A DNA stretch of 64,000 nt from Mizuhopecten yessoensis. Taxonomy: Eukaryota. The stretch is taken from NCBI RefSeq assembly GCF_002113885.1, contig NW_018408787.1, forward strand, positions 898,314-962,313, given 5' to 3'. Under the pieces are notes generated by a model. It ran no database searches. It saw nothing but the letters and a program-made list of their open reading frames with translations, and had not been told where the DNA came from. The translations under genes and the position numbers were made by a program. Numbering within the stretch: position 1 is the stretch's first letter; each line of letters starts with the position of its first letter. Positions 12,901 to 24,855 of this stretch are shown here, piece after piece.

Positions 12901-15056
12901 TGTGTCCAGGACCATATGATCACTCCCTGTGTCGAGGACCATATGATCACTCCCTGTGTCCAGGACCATATAACCACTCTCTGTGTCCAGGACCATATGA
13001 CCTCTCTCCTGTGTCCAGGAACATATGACCACTCCCCTGTGTGCGGTTCCATATGACCACTCTCTGTGTCCAGGACCATATGATCACTCCCTGTGTCCGG
13101 GACCATATGATCACTCCCTGTGTCGAGGGCCATATGATCACTCCCTGTGTCCAGGCTGTGTCCTGGACCATATGACCACTCTCTGTGTCAAGGACCATAT
13201 GACCACTCCCTGTTTCCGGTACCATATGATCATTCCTGTGTCCAGGACCATATGACCTCTATCCTGTGTCCAGGAACATATGACCACTCCCCTGTGTGCG
13301 GTACCATATGACCAGTCTCTGTGTCCAGGACCATATGACCCCTCTCTGTGTCCAGGACCCTATAATCACTCCCTGTGTCCATGTCCATATGACCACTATC
13401 CTGTGTCCAGGACCATATGGTCATTCCCTGTGTCCGGGACCAGATGATCACTCCCTGTGTCCAGGACCAGATGACAACCCCCTGTGTCCAGGACCATATG
13501 GTCACTCCCCTGTGTCCAAGACCATATGACCACTCTCTGAGTCCAGGACCATATGACCACTCTCCGCGTCCAGGACCATATGACCACTCCCCTGTGTGCG
13601 GTACCATATGACCACTCTCTGTGTCCATGACCATATGATCACTATCCTGTGTCCAGGACCATATGGTCATTCCCTGTGTCCGGGACCATATGATCACTCC
13701 CTGTGTCGAGGACCATAGGATCACTCCCTGTGTCCAGGACCATATAACCACTATCTGTGTCCAGGACCATATGACCTCTCTCCTGTGTCTAGGAACATAT
13801 GACCACTCCCCTGTGTGCGGTACCATATGACCACTCTCTGTGTCCAGGCCCATATGACCACTATTCGGTGTCCAGGACCATATGACCACTCTCTGTGTAC
13901 AGGACCCTATAATCACTCCCTGTGTCCATGTCCATATGACCACACTCCCTGTGTCCAGGACCATATGACAACTCTCTGTGTCCAGGACCATATGACCACT
14001 CTCTGTGTCCAGGACCATATGACCACTCCCCTGTGTCCAGGACCATATGACCACTATCCGATGTCCAGGACCATATAATCACACACTGTGTCCAGGGTCA
14101 TGTGACCACTCTTATGTGTCCGGAACCATATGATCACTCATTGTATCCGGGACCATAGATCACTCCCTGTGTCCGGGACCATATGATCACTCCCTGTGTC
14201 CGGGACAATATGATCACTCCCTGTGTCCATGACCATATGACCACTCTCCTGTGTCCGGAACCATATGATCACTCCCTGTGTCCGGGACCATAGATCACTC
14301 CCTGTGTCCGGGACCATATGACCACTATCCTGTGTCTGGGACCATATTACCACTCCCTGTGTCCAGGACCATATGATCACTCCCTGTATCCGGGACCGTA
14401 TGCTCACTCCCTGTGTCCGGGACCATATGATCACTCCCTGTATCCGGGGCCGTATGCTCACTCCCTGTGTCCGGGACCATATGATCACTCCCCTGTGTCC
14501 AGGACCATATGATCACTCTCCTGTGTTCAGGACCATATGATCACTCCCTGTGTCCAGGACCATATGATCACTCCCTGTGTCCGGGACCATATGACCACTC
14601 TCCTGTGTCCGGAACCATATGATCACTCTCTGTGTCCAGGACCATATGACCACTCCCCTGTGTCCAGGACCATATGACCCCTCTCTGTGTCCAGGACCAT
14701 ATGACCACTCTCATGTGTCCAGGACCATATGACCACTCCCTGTGTCCGGGACCATATGACCACTATGCTGTGTCCGGAACCATATGATCACTCACTGTAT
14801 CCGGAACCATATGATCACTCACTGTATCCGGGACCATAGATCACTCCCTGTGTCCGGGACCATATGATCACTCTCCTGTGTCCGGGACCATATGATCACT
14901 CTCTTGTGTCCGGGACCATATGATCACTTCCTGTATCTGGGACCATATGATCACTCCCTGTGTCCGGGGCCATATGATCACTCTCCTGTGTCCGGGACCA
15001 TAGGATCACTCTCCTGTGTCCGGGACCATATGATCACTCCCTGTATCTGGGAACAT
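9977..15056. repeat. Satellite/minisatellite, 27-bp unit (26-28 bp variants), ~5.1 kb, about 185 copies
   Basis: Unit GA(C/T)CACTC(T/C)CTGTGTCCAGGACCATAT; it accounts for all the CPGPYDHSL / CVQDHMTTL / MVLDTGSDH ORFs on both strands. Confidence 0.98.
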
Positions 15057-16341
15057 TTCCTAATACTCATTTGATGCGTTACCTATATAACTGTCGTGTG
15101 AAGTGTGTAGATTACACTAAGTTACTTCTACATTCACGTGGGACTAAAACACGTATAATTCTCTTAAATAGCTAGTTTGTTATATTTTGTCATACAGTGG
15201 AGGGCAGACCACACAATTATTGTCAGTTTAAAGAAATATATCTGGTTTTGTTTATTGTGTGTTCCTTTTGTTTATCTATTTGTTTATTTATTATTCATTC
15301 ATTCATATTCATTCATTTTATTTTTACTATATTTCCTTTTGTTTGTTTACTTATTTTTGTTTGCGTACCAACATCAATGCTATTCCATTCTCTGGTAGAT
15401 ATGACGTAACTGCAAACATATTTTCGAAAAAACAACATTTCTTACAAAAATAAAGTTATCCTATGTACTCTTCCCTCCTTGTCAGTATACAATTTTGTTA
15501 TATACCCAGACAATTTAGTTTTAAGTACAAGCTAACTAACATGCAATGGCCCTGGCGTCGATAGTTTAGAGAAACAATCACCCTTGTGTAAAATGAATTG
15601 TTTTACGAACACTGTGTGATTCGTGTGACGAGGCAGTATCTTCCCGTGGTAATTGTATTCCTTATGTCGTAGTAGTATCCCTCTGCTCATGTTATACGTT
15701 TCACTATAAATCAGTGCTACACCAAGGAGACATCCCAGGCCGGTATTTATATATCATGTTTTTTCTAAATCTCGGACTAAGCTAATGTGTCATTTTTGAC
15801 TGATATTTGTTTGCAATCTTGATAGTGATTGATTCATTGAACTAACGAGATTTCAATATCTTTTGTTTAATACAGTTTATATATGTATCGACTTGAAGTG
15901 ACGGCCGAAACCAAGAACACTGTTTAGGTTTGCACATGAACTTTGATGACGGATCGTAATACACACATGCGATTTCACAATGAAACCTTGGTGAATACCG
16001 ATATCGTCATACTGCATGCTCGGTATTAAAATTCAGTAATATCAAATGCCCCCCGCCCCCCTCTTTTCACTATTCTATATAAAGACTACACTGAACTTCA
16101 CATGGGTCATGCAAATATGATACATATGTGATATTAAGAACCGCTACCCCCTACAGAGGGCGCTGTAATCATGTAAGTCCACCGGGTCTGCTTAGTTATG
16201 GTATATTTAGTATGGAAGTGGACTATATTGTCAGAAGCGAATTGATATAGCATGTAAGACGTTCGACCTCACTGTGTGTAATTTCACGCTCGGTCTACGT
16301 TACATAACGAGACGCAGATGTGTATCCTTGGTTATAGGGTA

Positions 16342-16440
16342 TGGCCAGCACTAGGACGTCACATACTGGCCAGCACGAGGACGTCACATACTGGCCAGCA
16401 CGAGGACGTCACATACTGGCCAGCACGAGGACGTCACATA
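16342..16440. repeat. 25-bp tandem repeat, 4 copies
   Basis: TGGCCAGCACGAGGACGTCACATAC x4. Confidence 0.9.
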
Positions 16441-18573
16441 AGTATATATAGCATACTGTAGGTTCAATACTTCATTGTAAAGACATTTGCATTTCAACGG
16501 CTTAAACTATCCAGACAACAAACGACAACATTCTTTTTAACGGAATACATGGGTTTTTAATGAAATGCAAAGTAGTACTATTTTCAGCCAGGAATTAAAA
16601 TGATAAAAAGTGCATTTCCAAATGTTTATCATTCAGTAAAAAAATACTTCTCCGATTTAGGGACCGAACAAACACAGATTCAAAATCCAAAAACTATGAG
16701 AAAAACAACATGCAAGATATGAAGACCTTTCCAAAATTCTTTCCTATTCTGATGATATTTATATATAGAATCTCTATATATACGTCAGTAAACAGATTTC
16801 CCTGACTTAGGCACGTATATGGAGGAGTGTTGAAAGCGACTTGCCAGTTGCTGTAATTCTATCCACATCATTTGTTAAATTCATGAACATATCGAGTGTG
16901 TGTGGGTTACTGGTTCCTTATGACCCGATAAGTCATTTTAATCTTTGGTAATCGGCGCGGGTTGTTAGAGGTAGCGCCCCCTATGAAACGAAACCCGTTT
17001 GGTTCACTCCATTAACATGAGAGCGAGGCATAACTCGGTTAATTGAAATTCCAGATTTTTGCAATCAAGTGGAACATGTTTGGTGTGAAAATAGATAAAT
17101 ATTTTTATCTATAACCCCAAATATTATTTCAGATAGGTATACTCTATCTTATAATGCTAAAAGAAATGTGTTCCTATCAATCTGTATCAAGATGTAGTTG
17201 ACAGATCAATTAGCTCATTTATGATACCCCGATACGAGAATGATATATATGTAAACATAAAGACCTATAAATAAATACCGGTACCTGGTTATCTACTGAA
17301 TGAAAGGTATGGAGAGAAAGATACTAAATCCTGAGTACTACTTAGAAGATATAATTTCTTAACATATTGATCAACACGAGTTTAAATGCGTCAGTCGTTT
17401 TGTTGTTACTACGGTACCGCGCGGGGGATCAAATACTTCGCCTGACCCCTCGGGTGCGATTATCAAAAACCTGTTACCTAGGGCTCGTTAACTTGGTACT
17501 TTTCACAGACTAATCCCGTTTACGTTTTCTCATACACTACTTTATTTCTCTGTCTACTTTTATTTTGCACGGTATAAATGCATTATATTAGAAAAGTGTA
17601 ATGCCATAAGGAAATAAAGAACTAGACTTGTCTCCTTTTGTTTAAGTTAGTTTCGGCCTCTTCATTCCTTTTACTCTCTAACCAATTGCATTCATATCAT
17701 ATCAGTGTCTCGTAGTAAGTTTTCTCTTTATCCAATTAAGATGTTTACTTTAATCTTTGGTAGCCCGTGTATACACTTTCATTAACATAATAACGTCATC
17801 TTCTATGATTGCCTTTTGGTGAGGATTGGAAGTCATGCAATTATAGAGTTTGAATGATGAGGATGTACTTGTGAACAGATACAGATAGAAAACTACATAC
17901 TTAGGGAAACATGAAGTTGTAATCCCTAGTGTTCTCAATAATGAGTCCCACTGTGTAGTCTACAAGCTGTATGAATGACGGGTTTGTGATTGAAGATAGG
18001 ATTGACGTGATAATGTCTTATGCTTACGTCACAGGAAAAGGAGAGCATGTTGATGAGATTTATTTTGGGAAATTAATGTGTGTTTGAGGAGAACCATTGG
18101 AGGTACACACAGTTAATGTTCAGGGTCTTTGGACGGAGTTATTCATACCAGGATTAAAATGTGCCAAGTAGTGAGTTTTATACGAATAATGTAGCATTAA
18201 AGATTGCCTGGGATGTGTACTGTTTCCTGTTGGTATCAGACATGAATATATAACTTAAACGACAGTATTTGTAAGATTTCTAACCTTAAGTACGGTGTTT
18301 GTGTTTTACCGTATCATAAGATATTAGTTTGTTTGGCTTGATCAGTTCGTGTATAACGTCCACGTCAAATCAATGTTTACTGTGGTTACATTTCTGAGAG
18401 ATTGTTGAACTTCCTCCCACTGGCTATAAGTAACGTATACATGTACAGCGTCAGACGTCCGTATACAATCCTACATTTGTATGCATCAAATTTGGAACAA
18501 TCAGATAGTTCGAGAATTTTGATCGAAAATGCATGACGCGGAATTTTTAGGGGAAAACCCATATACCCATTAG

Positions 18574-19267
18574 TAGTCCGAATTATTCTGACGTTTTATC
18601 GACTTTTTTATATCGGTCTGTCGTCGATTAACGTCAGAACTCCGGCCCTCTATAATATGCGGGAAATATGCGACCCGCGCCCGGAGCGCACTTCAAACTG
18701 ATATTTTAGAAACAAATCGTCACTTTCACAAACATGTCGCACATGGATCGAAAGATCTATTCTTTATGCACAAGATACACATACATAACATGCCCCAAAC
18801 AACTAGTACAATCACTAAAAACATATTTTTTCAAACTTACTCTGTTTTACTCTAGGTTTTTGATAGCCCCGCCTTCCAAAGCCACGTGACTAAAATCTCG
18901 CCGGCCTACGTCATAACGTTGGGAAATTCCTTCGGTAACGCGTGATCTCGTCAAGTCATGTGACATTTCTCATGGCCTAATTTACATAAAAAAAGCATGG
19001 GTTGGTATAGAAAACGTTGGAAAATGCTTTTCGTAATGATCTTTGAAAGATGTTATTGATACCACCTAGTGCATAAAGAATAGATCTTTCGATCCATGTG
19101 CGACATGTGTGTGAAAGTGACGATTTGTTTCTAAAATATCAGTTTGAAGTGCGCTCCGGGCGCGGGTCGCATATTTCCCGCATATTATAGAGGGCCGGAG
19201 TTCTGACGTTAATCGACGACAGACCGATATGAAAAAAGTCGTTAAAACGTCAGAATAATTCGAACTA
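18574..19267. mobile_element. Non-autonomous DNA transposon (694 bp) with ~195-bp TIRs and a 9-bp TSD; Mutator-like by TSD length
   Basis: TIRs 18574-~18770 and ~19069-19267 are near-perfect; TSD ACCCATTAG at 18565-18573 and 19268-19276. Confidence 0.92.
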
Positions 19268-19870
19268 ACCCATTAGCTGAGCTAGGAAGGAGTGTTCCGA
19301 TGCCGACGTTAGTATGAATTAATATGACGTCATGAAACTTTTCCGGACATTTTCATTTAAGTTCGCCACAGTCTCGCTCAAATTACAACTCCAATTCTTA
19401 TTTTGTAATTCGTGTATGGCATAAAAGCTAGATATAAACTCATATATAGTTTGTCCCCTACTTAGAAATTGTATCGGGAAGATCAATATTTAATAATAAC
19501 TACTGACTATAAAAATTAATGTCCTATAGGCTACAGGTGAAAGGTTTTCCTTATAACCAGCTGTTACTTTACAACAATTATCAAAATGTGACAGCGAAAA
19601 ATATTTGATATTTGTTTTATGTTAAGTTATAGTATTAGTTATATGTTCAATGTTAATAGCTCCCGTTAACCTATAGACTTGTTAAGTACTTAGTTGTATA
19701 TAATTCTTTACTAGACATATAGTAAAGAAGATAGTTCCCTGGTCATCTGGGTAATACCGCCAAGAGAAGGGTCGATTAGAAGGTACCATTTTTTTCGGAT
19801 GGTGTATATTTTGTATTTATTTATGAATGATTATCATTAATTCTAGCTAATAACACTTTACAACCGCACT

Positions 19871-19954
19871 ACGTGCCGAGGATCACGTCCCGAGGATCAC
19901 GTGCCGAGGAGTGCCGAGGATCACGTGCCGAGAAGTGCCGAGGATCACGTGCCG
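19871..19954. repeat. Short tandem repeat of CACGTGCCGAGGAT and GTGCCGAGGA units
   Basis: Read directly; about 6-7 units. Confidence 0.85.
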
Positions 19955-20824
19955 TACATAGTAGCAATTTTGATGTATAGCGAGCACTAACGTATCATGA
20001 AGATTAACACAGAAACTCACTCCCCTGTTTGTGTGTGTCTAACAAATATTTAGCCTCCGTTCGAGCTTGTTATACAGACGTACTTAAGCTTGTACATCAC
20101 GTTGAAAAATGCATGGAATGAGCACTTAAGGTGCCTTCATTTCTCCGGTTTAATTATCTATGTCAATGAGAGCAAACGGTAAAATAAATTACAGAAATAT
20201 GTTTTGTTCAACTTGTCATTTTTGTATAATATTCTGCTTTGACGTTTCGGGATGAAGAGTTTATCAGAAATGAATTCAAAAACCTCCATACAAACATGTA
20301 TCAAAATATGTTGATACGAACTATCTTCAGATTATCTTATATAATTCAGTAAAACATGTCTGACTATTTGACCATTCAAGCGTAAATCTTTTATAATGAT
20401 GTCATGTTAACAAAAATCCCGAGAAAATATGCTACGCGAGGTCCGCCAAGTGCCAAACTATAGATAGCACACATGTCTGTATCGAGTCAGTTAGAGTTAT
20501 AGGACAGGTAGAATGTGCAAGATATGTAGATTTCGGTATTGATAAAAATGATAAATGCGATTTTTGCAAGAGAACTTTCGTCTCACACAAAATAAAACTT
20601 CCTTTTCCTTTGGATGTTTGACGTAGATGTGTTTTTCAAAGCGTTTATAGAACTTTTCAGCATTTCACAGCTCTTGGTTGTAAAGCTACACCGAACTTTG
20701 TCTGCACTGTACGTGGTTACTTCCCATGTTTCTTGTCACAGGAATACTAAAGAAGCATCGGTGTGATGATAATTACGTTAAACCCTGCCAGCGTGGTACC
20801 ATGTATAAAGATACGAAAACATTC

Positions 20825-21520
20825 AACGGCCCGTCACCACAATGCGGTGACACAGGGCCACACAGTAGTCTTATTGGTCCATCAACACAATGCGGTTACA
20901 CAGGGCCACACAGTAGTCTTATTGGTCCATCAACACAATGCGGTTACACAGGGCCACACAGTAGTCTTATTGGTCTATCAACACACTGCGGTTACACAGG
21001 GCCACACAGTAGTCTTATTGGTCCATCGACACATTGCGGTTACACAGGGCCACACAGTAGTCTAAGTGACCCGTTAACACAATAAGTTGATACAGGACCA
21101 CACGGTAGAGTTAACGGCCCGTCACCACAATAAGGATACACAGGGCCACACGGTAGTCTTATTGGTCCATCAACACATTGCGGTTACACAGGGCCACACA
21201 GCAGTCTAAGTGACCTGTCAACACAATATCGTCATACAATGCCACAGGGTAGAGTTAACGGCCCGTCAACACAATAAGACTGCACATGGCCACACAGTAG
21301 TCTTAGCAACCCGTCAACACTATATCGTCATACGGTAGTTTTAATGGCCCATCAACACGATAAGATCATACAGGGCCACACAGTAGTCTTAATGTCCTGT
21401 CAACACAATAAGGTCATATATGGCCACACGGTGGTCTTAACCGCCCGTCAACACAATAAGGTCATACGGTGGTCTTAACAGCCCATCAACATATTTAAGT
21501 TGACATGGCCACGCTGTAGA
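20825..21520. repeat. 48-bp tandem array, about 14 copies, degenerating rightwards
   Basis: Unit GGCCACACAGTAGTCTTATTGGTCCATCAACACAATGCGGTTACACAG. Confidence 0.92.
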
Positions 21521-22495
21521 CTCAAAGGCTCTATAACACAATAAATGCATACAGTCATATAAGTAAAATGAGTAAAGGCGTGCCGCGAGATCTAGATACA
21601 TGGACGCATGAAAATGGTAGACGTGCCGAGAGAGACATGGGGAGTTTTGTAAATAAAGAATAGAAACGGAAACGATCCAACCTATTTCAGTTGGCACAGT
21701 AAACTTATTTAAGTTTCTTTAATAACCACATCACAATGATGTATTGGATGATTGTTTTTGGTCCAGTATACGTACTGACTATCTAATTAAGAGTATTTCG
21801 GCAACTGCTGAAGGTGCGTTTCCTTTTAACCTTGACATTTGAATACATTACCTCGACATCTACTACATGCCAAACAACGTGCTTTCTGGTTAGATCGTGA
21901 GACCTACATGGAAACCCTACACGTATTCACGTCAAATCTCGCGTTAACTCGTCATCAAACGGACATCAGAAGAGCAACATTTACAATCTCATGTAATAGG
22001 TGGATCTGCTATCTGATGGATAGAGAGACGACAGTCATTGCTATCTAGACGCCCTGTACAAGTCTAGCCCTAAAACTCCCTCATAGTACAGTCTATTTAC
22101 GTTGATCATACAATGGAAGCATACACGTGATTCGGCGAGTTTTGAGATGGCAAACGAGATTATGACGTTCATTGTTCAAGCATTACACTGTGTCCATGTT
22201 TCGTTTTTAATGCTGGAGATACGCGATGACGTCAATGAGAAAATGTCGTTTACAATACTACTCGTGTATTATATTTATATCGTTAAAGCATTGACACCAA
22301 GCAATGTAGGTGTGGTATTGAACAGTATGTTTAGATAGAAACCTCTCAGAATAGAACTACGGAACCTATAATCTAAAAACGTGTTTATTACCCTCGTTTG
22401 ATTTCAGATGGTAGGATAACCCAAATATCCGTCTGTGTTATTAACGCATGCGCATTGGTGACTTCAATGTATTTACATAGCGTTGTAGAAAAACT

Positions 22496-22580
22496 GAAAC
22501 ATAATGAACTACATTGAAACATAATGAACTACTTTTGAACATAATGAACTACATTTAAACATAAATGAACAACATGTAAA
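22496..22580. repeat. ~20-bp tandem repeat, 4 copies
   Basis: GAAACATAATGAACTACATT repeated. Confidence 0.8.
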
Positions 22581-23126
22581 CTACGTGGTCAGTGTCTGAA
22601 ATGTACACATGGTAAGTACGCTCCATATTGTTTATCCCGTATGTAAATGTAAATTGGAGGTATCATACTCAGCTTGTTGCATTCCACTACAGGTTCGGAA
22701 GAGTAGACAAATGTGTAAGGTTTTGCAGAATCAGTTTTTCACTTCAGTGTCGTCTCATTAGGGTATCGCTGATGACGTCTTTATTAGAGGAAGTCTCAAC
22801 TTTCATGGATTTTTAATGGTTTTATTGATATCGTACAAAAAATTACTGCAATTTTTGATATAGTGCAAACATATATACATACCAGTAAACGTTTTAAACA
22901 ATGAATTAAATCATACACGATTGAATTCATTGAATAGGACCTCCTCTCTTCACCCTTCCCACTTCTCTATGCGTCTGTGTGCGTGTCTCTCTTTTTAAAT
23001 TATATTACTGAGAAAAATGTATTTGGTTTTTGCAAACCTTTTCACCCATTCCTAGTTTAAATTATACACACACATATATATATATATTGATGTATTGTCG
23101 CTTTTAAAATGTTTTGTGTAATAACT

Positions 23127-23219
23127 GTTGAGGAGAGGGCTTTAATAATGTTGTAAAAACTTGTGCCCGATCCTTTTTGCTGTAAAAATAAAAAGCAATA
23201 AAATGTGTTTAAACTAAAC
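23127..23219 (+). mobile_element. CR1-group LINE 3' tail remnant
   Basis: GGAGAGGGCTTTAATAA...ACTTGTGCCCGATCCTTTTT...AATAAAATGTGTTTAAACTAAAC; same style of tail as at ~41543 and ~54720 (both minus). Confidence 0.5.
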
Positions 23220-24235
23220 GACCTGGATGCATTTTACTAAGTGTTTTGGGGAATTATGCCGAGAATCTCTTCTCCGTCGTGTTCACGTGTCTATCTGTCC
23301 GTCTAGGAGAGGGAGGGGGCGCCGTGGGTATGTTGTGTATTTGTGTAATTAAGTGTCGAGAGGTAAAGTAACGCTAAGTCAGCCTGTAGCAATTAGTAAC
23401 AATAAAGGCCGACAAAACGCCCAACACCGTTAAAAATCCGCCGACAGTATGGTTGTAATAAATAACGAGCAGGTCCCTGTAATTAGTCCTGTCACGTCCT
23501 AGCTATCAGTACTTACCTGCTTCTTTTGTCATTATCTTCGTAAGACTTGAATCGCTCATATTGTCTTATTGAGCAGAGTAAAAAGGTGATAAAAAGTAGA
23601 TACCATGAATTGATTAATTAATTAAAAGTAAATCGAGGATTCACGGGTTTCAGGACGTTCAGTATAACAGATGATGATCAAAATTTGTTTTAGAATTCGG
23701 TTGGAATTTAACCAGATCTCTCTTTAGCGCTCAGTGTTAAAAGCTCGATGATAGAAACCAGGGATGTAATATGTCAGTGTGTTTTGTCATGGACGCTACA
23801 AAACTGCCGTCAGATGCCACAGCATCTAAAATCATTCGAAGACAGATGTCTAGGGAGACACCACCAATAAACTATAGGTCCGAGAGGAAGAACAGATAGA
23901 GTTCTCAAGTGTTTCACTGGAGTAGGAGAAGATCACTTTTGGTTATTTTATGTTGCTCCCTTAGAAAATACCAAAACAGCTCTGAAATACCCTCCACATT
24001 TACTCTTCTTAACTGGAAGTATACTTTTCCCAGCCTGCCGAAACTATTGACACCGGTTGTAAAACGTGGCCTGTGTTTGTCACCTTAGATACAGTATCGG
24101 TAGCTATTCGGAGTGCCTCTTAATTGAACAATACATATCTGTGGTACATCGTGTCCATGAGAAGCCATACTTTGATAAATTCTAATTGCTGGATATTACA
24201 AACTTATAAGAATATTCAATAAACCAATTCAGGAA

Positions 24236-24420
24236 TAGCAACGGTAGTGGATTGTTCCTAGCAACGGTAGTGGATTTTTCCTAGCAACGGTAGTGGATTG
24301 TTCCTAGCAACGGTAGTGGATTGTTCCTAGCAACGGGAGTGGATTGTTCCTAGCAACGATAGTGGATTGTTCCTAGCAACGGCAGTTAATTGTTCCTAGC
24401 AACGGTAGTGGATTGTTCCT
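24236..24420. repeat. 23-bp tandem repeat, 8 copies
   Basis: TAGCAACGGTAGTGGATTGTTCC x8. Confidence 0.95.
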
Positions 24421-24649
24421 ATTATACTTACATTTCCATTTCACTTATTTTAAATAAATCTTCCAACTTAAAGTATTATTAGGATACAATAATACAATAT
24501 ATAAATATCCGGTAGCTGCTTTTACAATTAATCATCACCGTCAATTGACAGTCTAAATCGGAAAACATTTGGGAACTTCCGTCAAAATTTGGATTTCAAC
24601 GTGATAAGTTCCCGATTACACGAACGTTGGTGGTCGGAAGGCGTATATA

Positions 24650-24855
24650 TATTTGATATAGCACAATCGTCTCTAACCAAGAAGACCGGGGGGATTCCCC
24701 GATTTGACGTGAAAAACACTGAGTTATCTGTTCAACAATGCGGGCTTTCTCCGCGTATTCCGTTTTCCTCCCACACTAGACTTCCTGCACGCTGTCATCC
24801 GAGCATACAAATGTTTCATTGTAGTGAAATCAGTTAAGTTTAATTAAACCAACAA
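24650..24855 (+). mobile_element. Degenerate SINE with a V-domain-like core
   Basis: GCGGGCTTTCTCCGCGTATTCCGTTTTCCTCCCACA at ~24740-24775 resembles the V-SINE core GGTTTCCTCCGGGTGCTCCGGTTTCCTCCCAC; AT-rich tail follows. Confidence 0.5.

Noticed and set aside
9935-15074. Dozens of Cys/His/Pro-rich repetitive ORFs that look like a metal-binding repeat protein
   Set aside because: They occur in several frames on both strands, and 26/28-bp monomers shift frame constantly; this is a satellite, not a gene
16149-16166. CTCF-like motif CCTACAGAGGGCGCTG (similar ones near 16971 and 53454)
   Set aside because: Short motif matches are expected by chance in 64 kb and cannot be validated from sequence alone
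17900-18175. Broken plus-strand frame containing EVHTVNVQGLW, reminiscent of the Merlin/IS1595 transposase HTxxIExxW motif
   Set aside because: One short imperfect motif amid stops, with no other DDE blocks or TIRs
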